A program made the translations under genes and the position numbers. Below the pieces are notes generated by a model. That model was not told the origin of the DNA and did no database searches. It saw only the letters and a program-made list of their open reading frames with translations. From the IMG/VR virus record IMGVR_UViG_3300014202_000218, positions 1 to 48,335 of that record: 48,335 bases of DNA; one strand, 5' to 3'. Of this stretch, positions 7,977 through 16,348 are shown piece by piece (the stretch's first letter is position 1; each line of letters begins with the position of its first letter). The DNA is from a virus (lineage: Duplodnaviria > Caudoviricetes).

Positions 7977-8420
7977 ATGGCAAAATCTCTTACGCCCAGA
8001 CCGCCTAAGCATATACATAAACTTAAACGCCACAAGTACTCTAATGGCGAGGAAGTATATTTTTGTATGCTACCTCGGTGTAGGTTTAAGGTTATTACTG
8101 CTATGGCTCTTGGTGAGGAATCAATTTGCCATCGCTGTGATAAGCCTTTCATCATGAACGAGATTACAATACGGCTCTCTAAACCACATTGTAGTCTCTG
8201 TACCGTGAGAAAAGGTAATAAAGAGGATATTACACCAATACTAGACGTAGCCGTATCTACGATTCTACCAGAGCGTCGACGTTCTACTCTTATACAAGAA
8301 GGAGATCATGTCTCAGACCTCAGGTCAAGACTCTCTAGGGTTAAAGGACAAGATACTGTACTACCTGATTCTACTCTATCATCATCTGAGGGACTTCCTC
8401 CTGATGAGGATATGGTGTAG
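7977..8420 (+). CDS. Zn-finger protein
   Basis: HxH, CMLPRC, CHRC, CSLC; GAGG RBS. Confidence 0.75.
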   Translation: MAKSLTPRPPKHIHKLKRHKYSNGEEVYFCMLPRCRFKVITAMALGEESICHRCDKPFIMNEITIRLSKPHCSLCTVRKGNKEDITPILDVAVSTILPERRRSTLIQEGDHVSDLRSRLSRVKGQDTVLPDSTLSSSEGLPPDEDMV

Positions 8421-8631
8421 ACACGAGGACGTAGTTAAAACTCATAGAGACAACAAGGTTTTTACCTTCTGTACACACTGTGGATACGAGAGTCCAGGAA
8501 TAACGTTAGAGAAAAGGTTTACATATAATGCCCCGATCAGCAGAGAATATTCAACCGGGATCTCTAACAGGGAACCCATCATTTCTATTCAAGAGTTCAC
8601 CAGGCGGAGGAAAAACTCTCGCGGCTTGTAG
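8308..8631 (+). CDS. Small Zn-binding protein (start uncertain)
   Basis: WCRH...CTHCGYESPG motif bridging the 8420-8528 gap; overlaps both neighbours. Confidence 0.45.
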   Translation: MSQTSGQDSLGLKDKILYYLILLYHHLRDFLLMRIWCRHEDVVKTHRDNKVFTFCTHCGYESPGITLEKRFTYNAPISREYSTGISNREPIISIQEFTRRRKNSRGL

Positions 8632-9367
8632 TGCGGCTATATTCGGTAGGGTATATCTTGCTTACTTTGATAAAGCAGAACCTATTGAACTAGCCTGGCT
8701 GCGAGAGTATCGTCCTGAACTTTTGAAACTTATTGATTGGGACCCATATTCCTCCGTCAATGCTCATGAGTATATTAATTTCCTCCGCCGTCTAGCAGAT
8801 AAGGGCAACCCATATGCAGCCGTTATCACAGACAGCGTGACATTCATGACATCTGCAGCCGTTAACTGGTCTCTCTCATTCAGACCAGAAGCTAAAGATG
8901 CACGTGGTACTATTGCTCTGCCAGACTTTGATGATTATAAGACTGAAGCGTCTTATGTATCTCAAGCTCTGGATATCTGTAAGGGTCTAAACTGTATTAA
9001 TATCTGGACCGCTCATCCGATGCCTCGCACTAAGATTGAGGCGAACGGCTCCAAGATTGGAAAGGTTACAACTCACGAGACTCTAGTATCTTACGGCACT
9101 AAAGTAGGAGCTATGATTGCTGGTGGGTTTCAAGAGATCTACCATTTCGGTAGACAGGGCAACGATAGAATAGTCTATACTGATGCAGTAGGCGATGATT
9201 ACGCCAAGACTTCAATTAAACTACCGAAGTCATTCAATATCACGAATAGACTATTCTTCGAGGTCTGGAAAGAGTACACAGACAAAGCAAAGGAGGAAGC
9301 TGATAAGGGAAACTTCAATCCATTCAAGGACCATGTAACGGAAGCATCTGCATCACGTTGGGAATAG
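8528..9367 (+). CDS. P-loop ATPase, AAA_24/Sak4-like recombination protein
   Basis: SSPGGGKT Walker A, VITDSVT Walker B, WTAH; lies between the exonuclease and the SSB. Confidence 0.8.
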   Translation: MPRSAENIQPGSLTGNPSFLFKSSPGGGKTLAACSAAIFGRVYLAYFDKAEPIELAWLREYRPELLKLIDWDPYSSVNAHEYINFLRRLADKGNPYAAVITDSVTFMTSAAVNWSLSFRPEAKDARGTIALPDFDDYKTEASYVSQALDICKGLNCINIWTAHPMPRTKIEANGSKIGKVTTHETLVSYGTKVGAMIAGGFQEIYHFGRQGNDRIVYTDAVGDDYAKTSIKLPKSFNITNRLFFEVWKEYTDKAKEEADKGNFNPFKDHVTEASASRWE

Positions 9368-9408
9368 TTAACGTTAACCTCACTTTCTTTTAGAATAGGA
9401 CACACAAA

Positions 9409-9852
9409 ATGCCTTTCGAAGCCGTTGTTACTCCCGATGACCTCAAAAAGGGCGACCTCGTTCCGGCTGGTTGGTATCCAGCTAAGATTGAGGAATACAA
9501 GGAAGAGATTACCAAGTCTTATGGTACGGCTGGTTCTCCTAACTATAAGCCTTCTGATGGTAGCACCAATTGTATTTTCAATCTGAAGCTTATCGAGCCG
9601 TCTGCCTATAAGGGTGTCTCGCCTCGTGTTCAGTATAATGAGAAAGCTCTTGGTTATGGCAAGAGTCTTTGGGAGGCTGTTGGTATTCCCTTTGATCCTG
9701 AGAAGGGATACAAGCTCAGCACCGCAGTCTTCAATAAGATGCCTGGTATGAATGTGGATGTCTATATCAAGCGCGGTGTCTCTTCAAATCAGAAGGAATT
9801 CAATGAGGTTGTTGAGTTCCGTAAGTTCGGCACTGGCAAGTACACGGCGTAG
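9409..9852 (+). CDS. Putative single-stranded DNA-binding protein (DUF669-like)
   Basis: LVPAGWYPAKI N-terminus, NEVVEF near C-terminus; follows the ATPase; strongly biased codons. Confidence 0.7.
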   Translation: MPFEAVVTPDDLKKGDLVPAGWYPAKIEEYKEEITKSYGTAGSPNYKPSDGSTNCIFNLKLIEPSAYKGVSPRVQYNEKALGYGKSLWEAVGIPFDPEKGYKLSTAVFNKMPGMNVDVYIKRGVSSNQKEFNEVVEFRKFGTGKYTA

Positions 9853-9866
9853 TGTAGTGTAAGAGT

Positions 9867-9947
9867 TTGGGTCGAAGGTGTCTATCGAATATATTGAATA
9901 AGATAGATGGATACTAGGCGTCCAGTTTGGAGCATCCTTCGACCCAA
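9867..9947 (+). ncRNA. Intergenic three-way-junction RNA structure
   Basis: 12-bp closing stem ttgggtcgaagg/ccttcgacccaa enclosing two hairpins. Confidence 0.5.
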
Positions 9948-9965
9948 TTTAATGAGGATACTATA

Positions 9966-10220
9966 ATGTCACAAGCCGTTGACACATTTCTACCGTCTCG
10001 TACCTACAACGTTAGATTCAAGTTCAGAGGCGGCTCTAAAGTATATGAATGGCTTGGAGTACACGTTAAGCAAGACGGCTATTTCATTGTACTCACTACA
10101 CAAGATGGTACTAGTCATAAGTACCATACCTATGGTATCATAGAGAGGCATTTCGAGCTATGCCCATTGGAAGAGACTTCATCGACTCTGGTGGGAAAAG
10201 AGGCAGCAGCAGGCCAGTAG
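9966..10220 (+). CDS. Hypothetical protein
   Basis: GAGG RBS before ATG 9966, which is more likely than TTG 9927. Confidence 0.7.
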   Translation: MSQAVDTFLPSRTYNVRFKFRGGSKVYEWLGVHVKQDGYFIVLTTQDGTSHKYHTYGIIERHFELCPLEETSSTLVGKEAAAGQ

Positions 10221-10366
10221 AAAAACACGACGGTACTATTTCTTTTATACTATTACAAGACGGCTCAGTAAGAATCGTTCTTCCACCCAATCGTAAATCT
10301 GTTATCCTACAGCGTAGCCATTTAAGACGGCTAGCTCGGTGGATTATGTCTGTAACGGAGGAGTAG
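10160..10366 (+). CDS. Hypothetical protein
   Basis: 68-aa ORF in operon context. Confidence 0.55.
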   Translation: MPIGRDFIDSGGKRGSSRPVEKHDGTISFILLQDGSVRIVLPPNRKSVILQRSHLRRLARWIMSVTEE

Positions 10367-10370
10367 TGTT

Positions 10371-10655
10371 ATGTATGAAGATAGTAGAGATACAGAGCCA
10401 GGCTGCTCGAACGAGAAGCGTTTGATAACTGATAAGGAACTTGAGTATAATCATCGCATGACGAATCAGTGTAATCAGTCAAAGAGTGTGGGACCTAGCC
10501 GTATTCATATTAAAGAGTCTCTTCTTTCTCGCCAGAGAATCTTAATGGAAGAGCTTACTATCATTAATAGAACCCTTGAAGCCCTTACACCAGAAATAGA
10601 GGACCATTTTAGTCTTCTTAAGGATCTTTCTAGGCTAGGTTACAGACTCTACTAG
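10371..10655 (+). CDS. Hypothetical protein
   Basis: GGAGG RBS, 94 aa. Confidence 0.7.
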   Translation: MYEDSRDTEPGCSNEKRLITDKELEYNHRMTNQCNQSKSVGPSRIHIKESLLSRQRILMEELTIINRTLEALTPEIEDHFSLLKDLSRLGYRLY

Positions 10656-10687
10656 TCCGATTAACATCTCTTGACACGGAGTACCCA

Positions 10688-10942
10688 ATGGTAAAGAAAA
10701 CCTGGCAAGAGAGGTCTCAGGAAACGGCTGAATACCACAAAAGAAGAGTACGTGAAAAGCACCCTGAGTATCACTCGATTCGAGATACGGCTGATGAACT
10801 ACGTCGTTCTGTTGGTTCCATTACTGAGGATCTTATTCTTGATTCATGGATGAAAACGCACCCTAAAGTAGAAGAAATGCCATTTGCTTACCAAGCCTTA
10901 GAATTTATTAGGGACAAAAAGAGAGAGCTGAGATTACGATGA
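10688..10942 (+). CDS. Putative HTH DNA-binding protein
   Basis: SIRDTADELRRSVGSITEDL HTH-like pattern. Confidence 0.6.
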   Translation: MVKKTWQERSQETAEYHKRRVREKHPEYHSIRDTADELRRSVGSITEDLILDSWMKTHPKVEEMPFAYQALEFIRDKKRELRLR

Positions 10943-11484
10943 TACTTATTGGACTTGGTAATAAGGCTAGACAGGGCAAGAATACTGTAGCTGTAGAACT
11001 GTGTAAACTGTTCGCTCATCAAGGAGTATATGCAAAGCAGTATGCTTTTGCTGATGCACTTAAGGACTACTGCCGTGTAGCCTATGGCATGAAAGATAAA
11101 GACCCACGTCTACTCCAATTAGTTGGCACTGATATCTTCCGTGAGCGTATAGATTCTAATACGTGGGTCAATGTCCTCAAATCTAAACTAGAAGATGAGA
11201 ATCCCGAGGTAGGAATCGTTACGGATGTAAGATTCGAGAATGAAGTGGGCCTTATCTGGCTTTATAATGGAATCACCATCCGCGTAACTCGGATTGATGC
11301 TAATGGAGAGGTATTCTCTTCCCAAGATCGTGACCCTAACCATCCATCTGAGCTAGCTTTGGATAACCCACGGCACTGGTATGAACATATCGTAGCTTCT
11401 AATCTCTCTGACCTTCACAACGAGACGGCTTGTATGTTCGAGCAAGTTATTTATCCCCATTACCTTCGTTATAGGAGTGTTTAA
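10939..11484 (+). CDS. Deoxynucleoside monophosphate kinase (T4 gp1-like)
   Basis: IGLGNKARQGKNT, FADALK, RLLQLVGTD, VTDVRFENE, HPSE. Confidence 0.9.
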   Translation: MILIGLGNKARQGKNTVAVELCKLFAHQGVYAKQYAFADALKDYCRVAYGMKDKDPRLLQLVGTDIFRERIDSNTWVNVLKSKLEDENPEVGIVTDVRFENEVGLIWLYNGITIRVTRIDANGEVFSSQDRDPNHPSELALDNPRHWYEHIVASNLSDLHNETACMFEQVIYPHYLRYRSV

Positions 11485-12289
11485 CATGAGAGACGCTGTT
11501 CACATTGGAACTATTGAGTTTGGTAGAATGCCCCAGGTAAAGGATTATACTCCTACTGTAACAATTGAATCAGTAGAGCTTGGCCCAGATGGTAATAATG
11601 GGGGATACGCATTCTCTTTTACTCCTCGTGCTTGGCCTAATGTTCAGATTGCTACTTGGACTGGTCCTCTTCAGTATACTGTTTTTGTAGGCCGGAAGGT
11701 AGCTGGAGTATGGCATATGGCTGGAGTAATCCAGATGTGGGCCAATCGTAAATGGACTGGTGCTCCTATTAGCTCATTCTGGAAAGACTGGGCATATGAT
11801 AGATCGTGGGTGGGCGAACTGTTTAACTTAGATAATGCTATTCCAGGAGAAGAAATCCTCTTCATGCTTGTGCATGGTAATGCTAGGTATGGGATGGAGA
11901 GAGAAGCACTCTCTCTTGGTTCTAATCTGCCAGAACGTTCAAACATCATTAAGATCATTATGCCAGCCGTTCACCAGGGCAAATTCGTTTTTGGTAATGG
12001 AGTAGAGATTCCATCTAATCCTCCGTCTATCCCAGAGCCGTCTGTACCCACACTACCAGTTCCACCTACTACTCCTATTGTTGACACTCTAGGTTCTGTT
12101 TTGGCTGATATCATGAGGGTCCAGAACAACATGCTCACTGTCATTGAAGCCCAGAATGAACTCATTGGGCGTCTTGTTGAAGATGTTCAGGAGATTCGAA
12201 AGAATCAGAATAATCCATATGTTGGACAAACCTTCCTCGGAAGTATCACTATCCGAAGAGATAGTACCAGACAAGACGTCAAGTCCTAA
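11477..12289 (+). CDS. Trp-rich beta-domain protein with Pro-rich linker and coiled coil
   Basis: 270-aa ORF; WP...WTGPLQYT...GNAR...ERSNII. Confidence 0.75.
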   Translation: MFNMRDAVHIGTIEFGRMPQVKDYTPTVTIESVELGPDGNNGGYAFSFTPRAWPNVQIATWTGPLQYTVFVGRKVAGVWHMAGVIQMWANRKWTGAPISSFWKDWAYDRSWVGELFNLDNAIPGEEILFMLVHGNARYGMEREALSLGSNLPERSNIIKIIMPAVHQGKFVFGNGVEIPSNPPSIPEPSVPTLPVPPTTPIVDTLGSVLADIMRVQNNMLTVIEAQNELIGRLVEDVQEIRKNQNNPYVGQTFLGSITIRRDSTRQDVKS

Positions 12290-12521
12290 GGACTATACAC
12301 ATATTCGGTTCCCTGCGCACTCTCTACCTGGAATAGTTACTAGAATATGTGGCGTAACTGAGGGTGAATCTATTAGCTTTGAGCATTATGGAGAGAGGCA
12401 CATCAAGCCGGCAATATTAGGACAACTAGAACGGCTCCCATATCCACTATGCACAGACTGTATAGAGATATGTAGAGAAGCTTCTGATACAACTATATGC
12501 CCAACAGAGTCAACGGAATAG
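12219..12521 (+). CDS. Small Zn-binding hypothetical protein (start uncertain)
   Basis: H...ICG...LCTDC; fills the gap before the polymerase. Confidence 0.5.
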   Translation: MLDKPSSEVSLSEEIVPDKTSSPKDYTHIRFPAHSLPGIVTRICGVTEGESISFEHYGERHIKPAILGQLERLPYPLCTDCIEICREASDTTICPTESTE

Positions 12522-15040
12522 GTCCCCTAAATGCTAAACTGATGATAGTAGGGGAAGCTCCAGGTAGGGCCGAAGATGAGACTGGCACTCCATTTGTAGG
12601 CCCAAGTGGTGAGATATTAGATGATCTACTCAGCCGTTCTGGTATCTCTAGGTCGGACGTATATATCACTAATGTAGTGAAGGTACGTCCACCTAATAAT
12701 ATCTGGGAAGCTCTCCCCTCTATCGGCATATCAGTACAAGAGGAGACACAGAAGCTATGGGAATTTGAGATAAACAAGATCCAACCCAATGCCATACTAG
12801 CCGTTGGCGATAAAGCCCTTACTGCCCTAACAGCAGAATCAGGAATAACCAACTGGAGAGGCTCTATTATACAGGGGAGGGATGGAATACAGAAGGTAGT
12901 TGCTACACTACATCCTGCTGTTCTATTCCCTCACCCCGGTAAACCAGCTTGGCCCTGGGTCTGGAAACGGCTGATAGAGAATGATGTACGTAAAGCAGTT
13001 CGTCAATCAACGTTTAAAGGATTCAATCTCCCTGAACGTACTCTTACAGTAGCACATAGCTATCATCAGGTATACAAGTTCTTTCAGGAATACCGTCTCT
13101 GTAAGAAAGCAGCTAATGACATAGAGTCAATTAATTCAATACCTGTATGTACTGGATTTGCATTCAATAAACATCACGCTCTATCCATTCCTCTTCTACA
13201 TAAGGCAGGTAAGAATCGTCTATCTGATATGACAGCTCATGAGGTAGCCCAGTGCTGGAAACTCATTCAGGAGGTATTTTCCACTGGCCTAGGTATCATT
13301 GGTCATAACTACATGTATGATGAGTTCAAACAAAATCTTCTTGGATTCCATGAGATTAACTGCGTATCCGATACGAAGCTCAAGGTTCATACTATATTCC
13401 CTGAACTCCCAGATAAAGACCTAGCTACCTGTCTCTCACTCTGGACTGACGAGCCGTTCTACAAAGAGGAAGGCAAAGAGCCAAAGTTTGGCCTGTTCAA
13501 CGTAGAGAAATTCTTCAAATACAATGCAAAAGACTGTGCTGCTACATTTGAACTTGACGAGGAAATGGAGTGCTCTCTTCAGGCTCTTGAGGATAAGCTC
13601 CATATCCCTCTGCGAAAATTCTATTACGACTATGTCATGCGGAAGCACGGATTCTACCTCCGCATGGCTAACAACGGCTTCCGTGTTGATCACAGACAAA
13701 AAGATATTCTTAAAGGTGCGTATGAATACCTTAGAGAAGTTGCCCATGAACATCTCGTCTCCCTCATAGGCACAGAGATTAATGTAAAGTCCGCTCCTCA
13801 GATGAAGAAGCTTCTCTATGAGGATATGGGCTTTACTATGCCTAAGAAGTGGACACCGAACGGCCAGATAGATAAAGATGGTGCTACGTCTGAAGATCAA
13901 ATCATCAATCTCATTAACGTACATTGCCGCTCTGGCCCTAACGTTAATCTGAAACGCTCTATTCTCGAAGGTATTCTACAAGAAAGGAGAATCAGGGATC
14001 AAATCTCTCGTGCTCTAGATTTTGTCCCTGACTATGATGGCCGCTGCAAAACATCGGTTAACATTGTCGGAACGGAGACTGCAAGAACTAGCACAGGAGT
14101 TCTCAAGAAACCCGTCAGACCTAAAAAGATTGGTCTTGGATTCCATACCATACCTAAACACGGACGACTTGCTAGAGATATCCGAAGCATGTTTATCCCA
14201 GATGAGGGCTTTGTTTTCATTCAAGGTGACCTCTCGCAAGCGGAAGCGCGGATAGTAGCCGTTCTGGCAGAGGATTGGGAGTTACTAAAAGCCTTTGATA
14301 TCATAGACATCCACCGCAGGACGGCTGCCATATTCTTTGGGTATACTAAGAATCTTGTTCTTACACCGGATTTCATTAAAGGTGTAGATGACCTAGAGAA
14401 AGATGGAGCAGAGCGTTATACTGGTAAGACATTCCGCCATGCTGGTAACTATGATATGGGCAAGCATACGGCTATGGTTAACTACAATACCAATGCCCAG
14501 AAGTATGAGATCAACACGGTCATATCCGAGTATCGCGCTGGAGAACACATTAGGAAATTCCACGAGGCATCTCCTAATATTAGAGCCGTCTTCCACCGAG
14601 ATATTCGTTTAGCTCTAGATTCGTCTCGTATTCTCATCAACCCATACGGACGCCCTAGAGAGTTCAATGGTAAGTATGAAGATGATCTATACAAAGAAGG
14701 ATTCGCACAGATACCACAGTCAACAGTAGCAGATACTACCCAGTCAGCCGGTATCTCAGCATGGGATGAATGGGGTCATGATTCACGTATTGCAATGTTC
14801 ATGTCAGAGAATCACGATGCTCTTGTGGCACAGGTACCGCTGAACGGCTGGAGAGATTATGCTAAATCACTCAAGCGACACATGGAAAGGGATATTGATT
14901 TTTCCACTTATTGTACTCTTCGCAGAAATTATACACTTCGTATCCCCGTTGATATTGAAGTATCTATTAACCCTTCTACGGGCCGAGTAACAAACTACGG
15001 CGAACTCACGAAGTGGACTAAGATAAAGGAGGCTGCGTGA
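12497..15040 (+). CDS. polA: Family A DNA polymerase with N-terminal family-4 uracil-DNA glycosylase domain and 3'-5' exonuclease
   Basis: GEAPG..E...G.PFVG, NVVK.RPP.N, HPA (UDG); DIE, GHNYMYD, YNAKD (exo); TARTS, DLSQAEAR, RYTGKTFRHAGNY, NHDAL (pol motifs). Confidence 0.95.
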   Translation: MPNRVNGIGPLNAKLMIVGEAPGRAEDETGTPFVGPSGEILDDLLSRSGISRSDVYITNVVKVRPPNNIWEALPSIGISVQEETQKLWEFEINKIQPNAILAVGDKALTALTAESGITNWRGSIIQGRDGIQKVVATLHPAVLFPHPGKPAWPWVWKRLIENDVRKAVRQSTFKGFNLPERTLTVAHSYHQVYKFFQEYRLCKKAANDIESINSIPVCTGFAFNKHHALSIPLLHKAGKNRLSDMTAHEVAQCWKLIQEVFSTGLGIIGHNYMYDEFKQNLLGFHEINCVSDTKLKVHTIFPELPDKDLATCLSLWTDEPFYKEEGKEPKFGLFNVEKFFKYNAKDCAATFELDEEMECSLQALEDKLHIPLRKFYYDYVMRKHGFYLRMANNGFRVDHRQKDILKGAYEYLREVAHEHLVSLIGTEINVKSAPQMKKLLYEDMGFTMPKKWTPNGQIDKDGATSEDQIINLINVHCRSGPNVNLKRSILEGILQERRIRDQISRALDFVPDYDGRCKTSVNIVGTETARTSTGVLKKPVRPKKIGLGFHTIPKHGRLARDIRSMFIPDEGFVFIQGDLSQAEARIVAVLAEDWELLKAFDIIDIHRRTAAIFFGYTKNLVLTPDFIKGVDDLEKDGAERYTGKTFRHAGNYDMGKHTAMVNYNTNAQKYEINTVISEYRAGEHIRKFHEASPNIRAVFHRDIRLALDSSRILINPYGRPREFNGKYEDDLYKEGFAQIPQSTVADTTQSAGISAWDEWGHDSRIAMFMSENHDALVAQVPLNGWRDYAKSLKRHMERDIDFSTYCTLRRNYTLRIPVDIEVSINPSTGRVTNYGELTKWTKIKEAA

Positions 15041-15267
15041 ACATTTATATCCTAGCTAGAGTACATCCAGAAAGCTCTGTAGATGTTATCGGTTACTCAC
15101 CAATTAAATGGTTATATGCAGATCCTATCCAAGCTATGTCAGGCTTAAAGGTTGTTAAAAGGCTATATCCTAATAATTACTGGAAAGTCTTGATGTATGA
15201 AGCGAAATTTCACGGTGTTCTAGAGGAAGTTATAGAGCCACGCACAGCAGAAGGGAGCTTAGAATAA
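15037..15267 (+). CDS. Hypothetical protein
   Basis: AGGAGG RBS, GTGA coupling. Confidence 0.7.
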   Translation: MNIYILARVHPESSVDVIGYSPIKWLYADPIQAMSGLKVVKRLYPNNYWKVLMYEAKFHGVLEEVIEPRTAEGSLE

Positions 15268-15572
15268 TGCCATTCCCAAAAGGTGGATCAGTATTTAGAC
15301 GTAACATTTGTGTAGTAGCAGGCTCAGTACAGGGAGGGATGGAGTTTGTTGTAAACCAGCATGGAGCGGATTGGATTAGGCATAAAGATCATTTTGCTGG
15401 TAGAACGTCTGACTCTATAAGGTATATCATTATAACAGATGAAGATAGGGAGAGGGTAGTGGGCTTGGAATTTGATGCACTCCTAGTATCCCCTTGCTAT
15501 ACAGACCTTGTGAAGTTTTGTAGTACTAGGGTCAGACTTAGAAGTGATAAAGAGGATCTGATAGGAGAGTAG
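15267..15572 (+). CDS. Small protein resembling a truncated terminase ATPase subdomain
   Basis: ICVVAGS.Q...DEDRERVVGLEFDALLV pattern, without Walker A or the DE pair. Confidence 0.65.
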   Translation: MPFPKGGSVFRRNICVVAGSVQGGMEFVVNQHGADWIRHKDHFAGRTSDSIRYIIITDEDRERVVGLEFDALLVSPCYTDLVKFCSTRVRLRSDKEDLIGE

Positions 15573-15573
15573 A

Positions 15574-15852
15574 ATGGGAATCCAGCGTATTATAACGTGC
15601 GATGTGTGTGGTATAGCCGTTGAGCCAGGAATAGATAATAGACTGGAACGTTTCGTCTCTATCTCTCCCGTAGGCCATGTACCATTCACAGCAAGGGTGC
15701 TTATTCAGATATCCTCTGACTATACACTCTGTGCTGAACATAAACGGTCCGTGCTAGAGGAACTATTCAAGCCATACGATGGATTCGATGATGATCTCTC
15801 CAGCCGTCTTACAGGCAGAGCGGCTCGGGCTAGACCACTAGTTCGTCGTTAG
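15574..15852 (+). CDS. Small Zn-finger protein
   Basis: CDVC...LCAEH; similar layout to 5451-5672. Confidence 0.7.
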   Translation: MGIQRIITCDVCGIAVEPGIDNRLERFVSISPVGHVPFTARVLIQISSDYTLCAEHKRSVLEELFKPYDGFDDDLSSRLTGRAARARPLVRR

Positions 15853-15898
15853 ACATTACTACTATAAGTTCTCCTACTACGTTCAGTACGACGCTACT

Positions 15899-16348
15899 AT
15901 GCTACAGCCAAACTATGTAGAGAGTATTAAATCTAAGCTACTACTTAACAAGGTAGTAGTTAATGACTGCTGGTTGTGGAAAGGTAAATATGGGAGACAG
16001 TGGATAGGAATAGATTATAAAACATACTTAGTTCATAGAGTATCTGCCTCCATATTCCTCGGTATGGATTTAGATTCACATGAATTAGTATGTCACAAGT
16101 TAATATGCCCAAACCCTGGTTGTTATAACCCTGATCATATCTATATTGGGGATACTTCAACCAATACTATAGATGTGGTTAAATCTGGTAAGTACAGGAA
16201 TGGGAATACTAACAAAACAGTATGTAAATGCGGCAAACCATATGACTCTTATACGATAAGAGCAAATGGCAAGATATGGAGAATATGTAAATCATGTAAG
16301 AATGAATCAAATAGAAAGTTGAGGCGTAAAAATAATGCTTCAACCTAA
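15899..16348 (+). CDS. HNH homing endonuclease
   Basis: CWLWKG, VHRVS, VCH..CPNPGCYNPDH, N..D, C-terminal CKCG...CKSC. Confidence 0.9.
   Translation: MLQPNYVESIKSKLLLNKVVVNDCWLWKGKYGRQWIGIDYKTYLVHRVSASIFLGMDLDSHELVCHKLICPNPGCYNPDHIYIGDTSTNTIDVVKSGKYRNGNTNKTVCKCGKPYDSYTIRANGKIWRICKSCKNESNRKLRRKNNAST

Noticed and set aside
12450-12500. Upstream CTDC as frameshifted Fe-S ligands of the UDG domain
   Set aside because: Spacing is wrong and the other cluster cysteines are missing from the UDG; CTDC fits the upstream ORF's own Zn motif
15899-16348. HNH within a group I intron
   Set aside because: No room for an intron core, and the downstream gene has its own complete start
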